A stretch of DNA of 64,000 nucleotides from the IMG/VR virus record IMGVR_UViG_3300031485_000046. One strand, 5' to 3'. Within the stretch, counting starts at the first letter, position 1. Each line of letters opens with the position of its first letter. The stretch comes from a virus. Under the pieces are notes generated by a model. That model did not search any database, was not told where the DNA came from, and was given only the letters and a program-made list of their open reading frames with translations. Both the position numbers and the translations under genes were made by a program. This document shows, piece by piece, positions 56,263 through 64,000 of this stretch.

Positions 56263-58080
56263 TTATTTGAAATGGTAATCTCCCTTCTCATTCCAAGAAC
56301 AATCAACAGGACACACTTCTGCTTCTACTTCCAAGGGTACATTTATCCAGCTCCAGTGCTTAGGTAAATCTTCACAAGTAATCCTATGAACAGTAGACGC
56401 AACCATATCTAATTCGTCAGGATGCACATCCAACACCATTGCGTCATGTATCTGTCCGATCAATCTGGATTTCCAGTTCTGTTCTCTGGATATCTTGTCA
56501 ACCTGAATGAACGACCATAACAGACAATGAAATGCACTTCCCTGAATAGGAATATTTATGCATTCATTCCTACGCATGATACCAGAACATCTGAATCCTG
56601 TGTACATGCTCACATACCCGTTTTTTTGATACCCTTCCCACCACTTGTCTTTCCAACGATTATACACTTTGAATCGCCTATTCCAAAAATCATCTTCAAT
56701 TTTCTTGATATGGTCCGTAAACTTATCGAAGGAATCTAGCTTGTTTGCAATCAAGTGGTCGGAAATATGACCTCCGTCATGCTCAATGCCTTCACCTTTC
56801 TTCCATTTGCCTTTAGATAATCCGCACCATTTACAAGCAATATTTTCGGCGCAGTTTACATAATAGTCACCATAGAACTGCGGAAATACAAATCCGTTCT
56901 TTGCCGCTTGCCTCATCATTTTATGCGATGGTATACTCTTGTCTAACTTATCAAGTACAAATATCTGACAAGCCATATCACCGTGCATATCCGATGAAGG
57001 ATCTTCAATGTACTTTCTCATAACAGGGTCATGATGGTAACACTCGCTGATTCTTACTTCCACTCCTGAATAGTCTATTTCAAGTAGCTGGTGACCTGGC
57101 TTAGGAAATATCGCTTTGCGAGTAATCTCCATAGCCTCTTTATCTCGCTTGGGAATATTTTGGAAGTTTATCCGCTCCGATGAATTATGTACGCATATTT
57201 GGTTCACGATAAAATTATGATATTTTTCCACTTCAATATCGTACACATCTACCGGCTCATCAAGGTACTCTATTGTGTGGTCTGTATGATTAGACAATAC
57301 CTTATTAGAAAGACGTGTATCTGATAACGCCCTCGCTTGCACGTATGTTCCATCTATTAGACGGATTTTGTGCTCAGGTGTCACATCTAAGTATCCTTTC
57401 CCACCTCCACCGTTTATAGAGTAATGGATTCGCACAACTTTCTTATGTCCTGTTTTGCCAGCCCATATAACTTTTTGAATAGAAGGGCGGAGTTTATCGT
57501 CAAAACAATACACATAATCACCCTTCTTTACATTTTCAATAGGGGTCCCTTCTGGTTGTGCTTCAAAATCTTTCATTACCAATACTTTAGATCCTTTAGC
57601 TACACAAGAGCGAAATGTCTTTACTGTATGCAAATTAAAGAAAGGATGCAAGTATCCGCCTACTTGTTCTCTTATGAAAGCATCCAGATACGTATCTCGC
57701 ACCTTTTTCAATTTGCGCATTTCCAAAATCCACTTTATCTCAGGAATATCAATCTGGGAAAGTGCTTCATCGTCTGTTGCACCCTTGCCAGATGGTGTCA
57801 ACTTTGCAGGGGTGATTTTCCTAACATTGTACAAAAGGTGTGCTAACTGCCAATTAGAATCAGGGTTAGCCTTAGCACCATACACCTTCGTCCAATGCAT
57901 ATAGAATTTAGTATCCCTGAGTTTTCTATCCAATCGTGCTATTTTTTTGTCAAGGTACTCTTTTTTCTTTAAGCAGTAATCAACATCAATCCGCATTCCT
58001 TCTTGTTCTGCCCTCGCAAAAGCAAGGATGCCATCTTGCAATAGCTGATATGCTTCAGGAAGATTAGGTGTCAGTTGCAT
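56263..58080 (-). CDS. polA: family A DNA polymerase, polymerase-domain subunit (intein-containing)
   Basis: Motif A 'LLEIDYSGVEVR', motif B 'RQAAKNGFVFPQFYG', motif C 'QIHDAMVLD'; SD AAGGAGGG 8 nt before ATG 58080 (track start 58107). Confidence 0.85.
   Translation of the reverse strand: MQLTPNLPEAYQLLQDGILAFARAEQEGMRIDVDYCLKKKEYLDKKIARLDRKLRDTKFYMHWTKVYGAKANPDSNWQLAHLLYNVRKITPAKLTPSGKGATDDEALSQIDIPEIKWILEMRKLKKVRDTYLDAFIREQVGGYLHPFFNLHTVKTFRSCVAKGSKVLVMKDFEAQPEGTPIENVKKGDYVYCFDDKLRPSIQKVIWAGKTGHKKVVRIHYSINGGGGKGYLDVTPEHKIRLIDGTYVQARALSDTRLSNKVLSNHTDHTIEYLDEPVDVYDIEVEKYHNFIVNQICVHNSSERINFQNIPKRDKEAMEITRKAIFPKPGHQLLEIDYSGVEVRISECYHHDPVMRKYIEDPSSDMHGDMACQIFVLDKLDKSIPSHKMMRQAAKNGFVFPQFYGDYYVNCAENIACKWCGLSKGKWKKGEGIEHDGGHISDHLIANKLDSFDKFTDHIKKIEDDFWNRRFKVYNRWKDKWWEGYQKNGYVSMYTGFRCSGIMRRNECINIPIQGSAFHCLLWSFIQVDKISREQNWKSRLIGQIHDAMVLDVHPDELDMVASTVHRITCEDLPKHWSWINVPLEVEAEVCPVDCSWNEKGDYHFK
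57184..57606 (-). other. mini-intein (141 aa, Hint domain only) in the 'TxRxSS' motif of the polymerase
   Basis: Residues C168..N308 of track ORF: block A 'CVAKGSKVLV', block B 'TPEH', block F 'VYDIEVEKYHNFIVN', block G 'CVHN' followed by Ser; flanks join to 'TFRS|SSERINFQNIP' like Pol I 'TGRLSSTDPNLQNIP'. Confidence 0.8.
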
Positions 58081-59342
58081 CCTATGTACCCTCCTTGCTG
58101 AATCCATCGCATTTGTTTAGATGCTAACCGGTAAGTGAACAAACTATCCATACCACAGTATATCAATAGTTTATTCCAAATATCAGATCCTACAGGAACA
58201 TCAAGCAATTTGTTCATGGAATTGCTATCTTTATCATCCGCCCCTTTAAGATATGGAGCGACCTCATCATCATACCCTGCTACACCAAAATTGATATAGG
58301 TTTGTATCTTCAATCCTGTGATGTCTGGTCTGTTATCAAGAATGTGTGTAGCCAACATAGTATCCCATATCCAGTTTTTTACTTCATACCCCAGAATATT
58401 TTGTGTCCATGTGTGTTCAAACTTCAGATTTTGGGCAATCTTTCCTATCTTGTCTGATTGCAAAATTTCCTTAAGCAGTCTATTTCCTTTCTTACTTTTA
58501 GGCATCCCAAAAACTATTGCATCTTCAGGATTACTACACATGGACATGCAGATGATTTTGTGCTTGCTTGTATCATGCGGTTTAAGGCCCGTCGTTTCAT
58601 AATCAATAGCAATAGAAAACGGAAACTTTCTAGAAAGAAACTCTTCAAAAATTCCTACTAGCTCACTTTCTGATTTTACTATCTTGATAGCCGTCATTTC
58701 ATCTGGATATGTTTGCATAGACATGTCCACTGTATTTAATGCCCTGTCAAGGTCCTGTTTCCATACTGTTCGATATTCCTGTGCATCTTGTTTTTCTACA
58801 AACTCTGGATGAAATATCGGGCAGATCCACGTATTGTATTTCCTATCTGGAATAGTAAATCCTCTCCATTTATTCATTCCACCTAAATTCTTTGTCCAGA
58901 TAGAACCTATCACGGAGTTTAATGCTAGTTCACCTACAAGAATTATCACTTTAGGTTTATACTGCTCAATAGTAGATAGCACTCTTCGTCGGCAACATTG
59001 AACTTCTTTTGTCCACGGATTGGTGGTTTCCTTGGACCCTGAAGCATAGCAAGACAAAGCAAAGAGATTCAGACAGTCTTTGAACAAATCAACGCCTCTA
59101 CGTTCAAATTCTCGCCTAAGCGTTGTTCCAAATCTGTCTTGCCACGGTTTGCCTACTCGATCATCTCTACTGCTTGGCATATCACCAATGACCATTATTT
59201 TCTTTTCAAATTCCCCGAATGGTGCCATTCTAGGAGACGAAATATCTTTATACAACCCACAAGAAGCGCAAGAGAAAGCCTTATTACCACTAGGCCTAGT
59301 TTTAGATTTAGTTTCTTCTACTGAAAAGAATCCACTAGCCAT
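58071..59342 (-). CDS. DNA polymerase N-terminal subunit: UDG-like (family 4-type) domain + 3'-5' exonuclease domain
   Basis: 423 aa; 'CASCGL' and 'FHPEF' UDG-family-4-like elements with degenerate motif A ('GDMPS'); Exo I 'IAIDYETTGL', Exo II 'NLKFEH', Exo III 'YCGMDSLFTY'. Confidence 0.75.
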   Translation of the reverse strand: MASGFFSVEETKSKTRPSGNKAFSCASCGLYKDISSPRMAPFGEFEKKIMVIGDMPSSRDDRVGKPWQDRFGTTLRREFERRGVDLFKDCLNLFALSCYASGSKETTNPWTKEVQCCRRRVLSTIEQYKPKVIILVGELALNSVIGSIWTKNLGGMNKWRGFTIPDRKYNTWICPIFHPEFVEKQDAQEYRTVWKQDLDRALNTVDMSMQTYPDEMTAIKIVKSESELVGIFEEFLSRKFPFSIAIDYETTGLKPHDTSKHKIICMSMCSNPEDAIVFGMPKSKKGNRLLKEILQSDKIGKIAQNLKFEHTWTQNILGYEVKNWIWDTMLATHILDNRPDITGLKIQTYINFGVAGYDDEVAPYLKGADDKDSNSMNKLLDVPVGSDIWNKLLIYCGMDSLFTYRLASKQMRWIQQGGYIGCN

Positions 59343-59346
59343 CTTA

Positions 59347-60354
59347 CTAACCTTTCATTTCTAGAACGCCAACATACTCCCAATTATCTCCTATGAACTT
59401 GATAGCGTTTTCACCAAGAATGCATTTTTTAAGCATTTTACTTACATCCTTAAGAAGTTCAGGACGAATAGTAAATTTCTTTTCCTCACCTTTATATTTC
59501 AGATTCATCTCTTCTTCAAACCAGCCAACTTCAGACTGACCACGAATAATCATGCGTTTGGGCTTGATAGTTATTGTTACAGCATTACTTTCTGCTTCAC
59601 TGGAAAAGATAGACGCACGGTCTAACACCTCTTCAATAGCTCTAGGCAATTCAAAATCCGCACCCTGCACATCCATATATTTCGACACATCTGGAAATGT
59701 ATCTCCGAAGAAAGTTCGGCAAGAATACTCCGTACCTTTCTCAGTCTTGAAATGAATCCACCCGTGCCCTTCTGCAATATGTGTGGGTACACATCCATTC
59801 AATCTCTTTATAGTGCTTGCTGGCAAAAGAAACGTAGACACAGGCATCTTTTCAGTTAACTTGTACACCATTATTCTATAACTGTCAGACGCTTCAACGG
59901 AACCTTTTTCTGTCACATTTACACAAGTAATGATCGGACGGCTCATATCATTGGAACAAGCAAAGGAAACAAATTTAAGCGCCTTCATAAGACCTTCAGG
60001 TACTTTCTTCCATTTGCTTTTCTCACCAATCGCTTCTAGAGGCATCCGTATCTTTTCTTGAAGAGTAAGTCCTGCTTTAGCTTTACCTGCTTTCATGCGA
60101 ACCTCAGAACCATTTGCCTCTATTTCTACATCATTGGTTTTCATTTTGCACAGCACCTGATAAAACTCGTCAGCCTTGATAGCACCCTCAAGCCCATCTA
60201 ATCCTTCCACAGGATGGGACACACTTATTTCGTCATTGAATGTCATTACTTTCCCATCCTTAAAAGCAAAGCAGGTAGACTGTTCAATGTGCTCCTTAGA
60301 CGCAAGACCGGGCTTCACTATTTCAAGAGCTTCCAGAATATCTTCCCTATTCAT
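59347..60354 (-). CDS. DNA sliding clamp (DnaN/beta-like)
   Basis: 335 aa; 'SRPIITCVNVTEKGSVEASDSYRIMVYKL' resembles DnaN domain-2 'RYYLNGM..VATDGHRLAV'; adjacent to polymerase. Confidence 0.6.
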   Translation of the reverse strand: MNREDILEALEIVKPGLASKEHIEQSTCFAFKDGKVMTFNDEISVSHPVEGLDGLEGAIKADEFYQVLCKMKTNDVEIEANGSEVRMKAGKAKAGLTLQEKIRMPLEAIGEKSKWKKVPEGLMKALKFVSFACSNDMSRPIITCVNVTEKGSVEASDSYRIMVYKLTEKMPVSTFLLPASTIKRLNGCVPTHIAEGHGWIHFKTEKGTEYSCRTFFGDTFPDVSKYMDVQGADFELPRAIEEVLDRASIFSSEAESNAVTITIKPKRMIIRGQSEVGWFEEEMNLKYKGEEKKFTIRPELLKDVSKMLKKCILGENAIKFIGDNWEYVGVLEMKG

Positions 60355-60941
60355 ATTATATCCACCCCTTTTGCCCTATTTCGTTTTACCTGCCGATGTA
60401 TAAGAAATGCAAACTGTTTATACATGTTAATAAAATTATACCCAACATGCTTTAGTTTGCCTTTCTGTATTTCCCACGGAGTGCATATCCTATCTGCTTT
60501 CTCCCATCGCATGTCAAGTACATATTTATCAAAAGGAATAAAATCGTATCGTTCCGCCCAATAAGAAGACATAAGCCCATTATTCAGAACAAGTACACAA
60601 AAATGGATGTCGTATTTACTGCATTTATTATACAATTCCTCACAACTATGCATTGTCTTGGGCAGATGCAGTCTAGGGTAATTACGAAGCTGGGAGTAAG
60701 ACTGCCTTATCCAGAATTTTACTGGAATTGTTGTCTGTTCATTTTTTAGTCCTACATCCACAATTAAACCAATCCCTGAGAACATGTTTTGCGTCTTACC
60801 GGGTAATTCACACCGCAACGGACTCATAGGCATATTAACTAATTTTTCAACATACCTGAGAACCATGCCGTTGTACTTATTTATATCTTCCTGCGGATTT
60901 CTTCCCTTAGTGTCTGATTCTACCTTGAACATCGGTTCCAT
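60351..60941 (-). CDS. hypothetical protein (between clamp and DpdA-like gene)
   Basis: 196 aa; no QueD/QueE/FolE signature recognised. Confidence 0.55.
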   Translation of the reverse strand: MEPMFKVESDTKGRNPQEDINKYNGMVLRYVEKLVNMPMSPLRCELPGKTQNMFSGIGLIVDVGLKNEQTTIPVKFWIRQSYSQLRNYPRLHLPKTMHSCEELYNKCSKYDIHFCVLVLNNGLMSSYWAERYDFIPFDKYVLDMRWEKADRICTPWEIQKGKLKHVGYNFINMYKQFAFLIHRQVKRNRAKGVDII

Positions 60942-60956
60942 ATTATGTTTCCCTCC

Positions 60957-61928
60957 TTATATAGTGAATAATCCTTTGCTTACTTGGAATTGAACTCCTT
61001 TGCGATATTCATTCACCCATTGCTCTAATCCTAGAATGTATCGGATGTTAATTTCACAACGAACATCAAAGGATTGAATCTCATCATACGTGTACCCATC
61101 ATCTTCAATCTGTTTTAATTTCCGAGGTGTAAGTACACCCATTCCTTTACTAGACCGTTGCTTCGATACACAAAACACCATCGGTTGCTTTGAATAATCA
61201 GGATTCTTGAATCCACCGATAGGGTACATGATAGAACCCCACGCGGCAACTATTCTCCAAGTAGCGGCATCAGCACTAGTAAAAGGTAGCGTTTTCAGCA
61301 CGGGCAACATCCATACTGCAAATCCGTGTGTTTTAACACGGATTCTATTTATATGGATGTAAGAAAATACTGACCGCATCCAAGATAGCCTAGATTGGAC
61401 ACTCATATCGTTTGCAGGTGACACTCCGATATAGTCAGTAAGTTCTACCATTTTGTGCAACCATTCCCAATCTTCTCCTTGATGGAAGACATGAATAGGA
61501 GTGATCCCTGCATCTTTCATCCTAAGAAGATTTTCGTATCCTTTCGCGGCCGCTGTATTGATAATTTTCTTATTCTCCGCAGTCTTCACTCGATTGAGAT
61601 GTGTAGAAGTACCAGGAGAACCGGGGATCACATCGAGGTTGACTACCCTCAACTTTTTATTATCATCCGCCGCTATTTGGATTGCCTCTTTAGCATAACT
61701 AATGTAGGCGTCAATGGGAATAGAATGACCTTTAGCCCATGCTGAAAACGCACCTGAATCAAGAATGATGTTTCCATTTAATGTAGGAACTTGTCTGCAC
61801 CATTCTTTAAGCTGTTTTGGATAGAGATAAGAAACCAGTCTGTTCGTAATCCGCCTGTTGAGTTCCTTACCGCGTTCTTCCTTAGGATTAAAAACAGGAC
61901 CGGCAAAATACAAACGGACTGGCTTCAT
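60957..61928 (-). CDS. dpdA: DpdA-like tRNA-guanine-transglycosylase-family DNA 7-deazaguanine transglycosylase
   Basis: 323 aa; 'ILDSGAFSAW' resembles TGT 'DSGGFQ' catalytic motif; adjacent to queF and queC. Confidence 0.65.
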   Translation of the reverse strand: MKPVRLYFAGPVFNPKEERGKELNRRITNRLVSYLYPKQLKEWCRQVPTLNGNIILDSGAFSAWAKGHSIPIDAYISYAKEAIQIAADDNKKLRVVNLDVIPGSPGTSTHLNRVKTAENKKIINTAAAKGYENLLRMKDAGITPIHVFHQGEDWEWLHKMVELTDYIGVSPANDMSVQSRLSWMRSVFSYIHINRIRVKTHGFAVWMLPVLKTLPFTSADAATWRIVAAWGSIMYPIGGFKNPDYSKQPMVFCVSKQRSSKGMGVLTPRKLKQIEDDGYTYDEIQSFDVRCEINIRYILGLEQWVNEYRKGVQFQVSKGLFTI

Positions 61929-61930
61929 TT

Positions 61931-62374
61931 TCAGTTACCTGTTCCGTCGTACTCGGCAATCACCGAAATATCAGTACCACCTCTGCGATTGAAATTAGCC
62001 TCTATTCGCATGTGGTACGGTTTGCAAGCGTTCGACAGATCGTCCAGTATTTTGTTTGTAACAGACTCCATAAACGCTCCGTGCTGACGATATGCTCCCA
62101 TGTATATCTTGAGTGCTTTCGTTTCCAAACAAAAATCCTTTGGAAAGTATCGAATCGTGATAGTGCCAAAATCAGGATTTCCTGTACGCGGACACAGACT
62201 GGAAAATTCCGTGAATACGAACTCCGTGGCGTATTGCCTGTCTTTGCACGGATTATCAAATACTTCAAGAAGAGCTGGATCTGGATTATTGTACCTGTCG
62301 TACGGTACGACTGTTCCGAGGTTTTTCAGATGGTCTACATTCACTTTTCTATCCATTGTTTGCACCCTCCTCAT
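61931..62374 (-). CDS. queF: NADPH-dependent 7-cyano-7-deazaguanine reductase (unimodular QueF)
   Basis: ~145 aa; catalytic-Cys region 'FSSLCPRTGNPDFGTITIRY' and QueF motif-like 'ETKALKIY'. Confidence 0.8.
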   Translation of the reverse strand: MRRVQTMDRKVNVDHLKNLGTVVPYDRYNNPDPALLEVFDNPCKDRQYATEFVFTEFSSLCPRTGNPDFGTITIRYFPKDFCLETKALKIYMGAYRQHGAFMESVTNKILDDLSNACKPYHMRIEANFNRRGGTDISVIAEYDGTGN

Positions 62375-63044
62375 AGAATACTGGGTCGATCAGATTGTTT
62401 TCTGCAAAGGCCTCAAGGCGTTCATAACAACTTCCACATTTTCCGCAAGGATTCGGTTGGTTCTTGTAACAAGTTCTTGTAAGGTGATATGGTGCGTTAT
62501 TTGCAATACCATACTGCACTATCTGACTTTTAGACATGTGAAGGAACGGTGCAAGTATATTCACATTTCTATCCGTACCAAGATAAATCGCTGTATCCAT
62601 TGCTTTATGAAATTCTGGGCGACAATCAGGGTAAATAGCATGATCGCCTCTATGAATTCCTATAGCAATATTCTCTATACCTTTTGACCACGCCATACCG
62701 GCTAGGATCGACAGGAACACTAGATTACGAGCAGGTACCACCGTCTGACTCATATTCGATGATTCATAGTGTCCTTCCGGTATTTCTCCACCGCTTAGAA
62801 GCAGACTAGATTCCATTCCAGTAAATGCTCCGGACAGGTCTACAACTTCGTAGGTCAATTCGCAAGGAACGGCAGACACATAATATTTCAATACTGCGTC
62901 TGCCGCTCTTCGTTCGTACACATTGTGTTTGCTACCGTACTGGAAATTTACACAATGGATTTTCTTGAATTCCTTGCGAATAAGCCAAGCAAGAACTGTT
63001 GCAGAATCCAGTCCTCCTGAGAAAGAAAGGACTGCGGAACGCAT
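62349..63044 (-). CDS. queC: 7-cyano-7-deazaguanine synthase
   Basis: Start at ATG 63044 (track ORF 62349..63188 carries an implausible Arg/Lys-rich extension); PP-loop 'SFSGGLDS'; zinc site 'CYKNQPNPCGKCGSC'. Confidence 0.85.
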   Translation of the reverse strand: MRSAVLSFSGGLDSATVLAWLIRKEFKKIHCVNFQYGSKHNVYERRAADAVLKYYVSAVPCELTYEVVDLSGAFTGMESSLLLSGGEIPEGHYESSNMSQTVVPARNLVFLSILAGMAWSKGIENIAIGIHRGDHAIYPDCRPEFHKAMDTAIYLGTDRNVNILAPFLHMSKSQIVQYGIANNAPYHLTRTCYKNQPNPCGKCGSCYERLEAFAENNLIDPVFYEEGANNG

Positions 63045-63045
63045 C

Positions 63046-63963
63046 TTACTTCTTCTTTCCAGCCTTCTTGCCAGCTTTCGCTTCCTTAGCCGGAGCGGTC
63101 TTTGCAGGCGCTTCCTTCTTTGCAGAAGCTTTCTTTTCCGCCATTTCTGCCTTCGCCTCCTTCTTTTTAGAAGATTTACTACCACCATCGTGCTTCACGA
63201 TTTCCTTAGTGATCTTACTGCCTTTCTCACACTTGATATCCGTGAACTTCACGATGTTGCCATCTTCCTTGTCAATGTAGATAAGCACAGGGAAGCGGCA
63301 ATATTTAGGATTAGTCCCATCAGAAAGAATTGTAGAAAGAGCGGCGATGGTTGCGTCGGGGAACTGCTTTGCCGCAAGTTCGATCAGATCCTTTTTGCTG
63401 TACCGACCCTCATTGATAAGGTCGATAAAAAATTCGATCCTTTTGGCAGTCTTATTGCCACCAAATATCTCATCCTTCGTTTTCGTGGGCTTATCAGATT
63501 TTGCAGGCTTTTCTGCCTTCGGAGCCTTAGCAGGCTTTTCTTCCTTGGCTTTACTCTTGCCCTTCTTAGGAATAGGAAGTACCTCTATTTCGTCTTCCTC
63601 TTCTTCCTCTACATCGTCACCGTCTTCGACATCTTCGTCCTCATCGCTTTCGTCCCCATCTTCCCCTTCCTCGTTGACCCCTTCATCGTCTTCGTCTTCA
63701 TCGTCAGCTTCTTCGTCCCCTTCGACTTCTTCCTCATCCGCATCCTCCTCGTCGGCATCCTCTTCCTCTTCATCAGCATACTTAGCCTGAATCTGTGCAA
63801 GAATATCCATCGTTTCCTCGGAAAGTCCATCCTCTTCGCTTACAGCTTCAGAAGCCTCAAGCAGTTCAGCTTCCAGTTCGTCAGTACCGAGCTTTACATC
63901 AATGGGAGGCTCGATAATAGTATTAATCTCCTTAGCCGCCTTAACCAGTTCACTTTTCTTCAT
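63046..63963 (-). CDS. hypothetical protein with ~70-residue poly-acidic tract and Lys/Ala-rich histone-H1-like C-terminus
   Basis: 305 aa; D/E run about 63560..63780; C-terminal 'KKEAKAEMAEKKASAKKEAPAKTAPAKEAKAGKKAGKKK'. Confidence 0.6.
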   Translation of the reverse strand: MKKSELVKAAKEINTIIEPPIDVKLGTDELEAELLEASEAVSEEDGLSEETMDILAQIQAKYADEEEEDADEEDADEEEVEGDEEADDEDEDDEGVNEEGEDGDESDEDEDVEDGDDVEEEEEDEIEVLPIPKKGKSKAKEEKPAKAPKAEKPAKSDKPTKTKDEIFGGNKTAKRIEFFIDLINEGRYSKKDLIELAAKQFPDATIAALSTILSDGTNPKYCRFPVLIYIDKEDGNIVKFTDIKCEKGSKITKEIVKHDGGSKSSKKKEAKAEMAEKKASAKKEAPAKTAPAKEAKAGKKAGKKK

Positions 63964-64000
63964 AATCTTTGTTCCCTCCTAAATAGATTTTTGTGGATCG

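Noticed and set aside
63045-63188. Arg/Lys-rich N-terminal extension of the queC ORF (track start 63188)
   Set aside because: It overlaps the 3' end of the upstream gene in another frame and is extremely basic low-complexity; the conserved QueC N-terminus begins at the Met at 63044 ('MRSAVLSFSGGLDS').
1-64000. tRNA genes, integrase/attachment site, toxin or classical defence-system genes
   Set aside because: No tRNA-like cloverleaf signatures, tyrosine/serine recombinase motifs or recognisable defence operons were seen by eye; absence is not proof because no tRNAscan or HMM search could be run.

Overview
About 64 kb of an AT-rich (roughly 40% GC by eye) tailed dsDNA phage genome, with no integrase or obvious host genes. 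All calls are from reading the sequence and ORF track, with motifs compared to remembered family signatures; no searches were run. Hand-derived coordinates (terminators, promoters, repeats) are approximate to about 2 nt. Layout: (1) 1..12100, minus-strand replication/early operon: DnaB-like helicase (partial), DnaC-like loader, primase, SNF2 helicase, many small unknown genes. (2) 12239..14466, sigma70-like promoter then small and large terminase. (3) 14467..19640, a repeat-dense, largely non-coding region with several repeat families, promoter/terminator-bounded small genes and a GC-rich islet. (4) 19427..21669, minus-strand operon including a clear CMP-Kdo synthetase (kdsB) homolog. (5) 21797..44633, plus-strand late operon: portal, head genes, major capsid, then an unexpected sugar-modification cassette (two CstII/Maf-like transferases, a methyltransferase-transferase fusion, a sulfotransferase), connectors, major tail, frameshifted tail chaperone, tape measure, a GC-rich lambda-like tail-tip module (M, L, K, J, tail fibre), endolysin and holin-like genes. 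(6) 44683..63963, minus-strand DNA-metabolism module: thyX, dNMP kinase, dut, YhhQ-like transporter, fragmented Rad50 plus Mre11, RecA-like, gp32-like SSB, clamp loader, split family-A DNA polymerase carrying a mini-intein, sliding clamp, and a 7-deazaguanine DNA-modification set (DpdA-like, queF, queC). The most novel candidate is a virion-associated glycosylation/sulfation system (kdsB plus the head-operon cassette).
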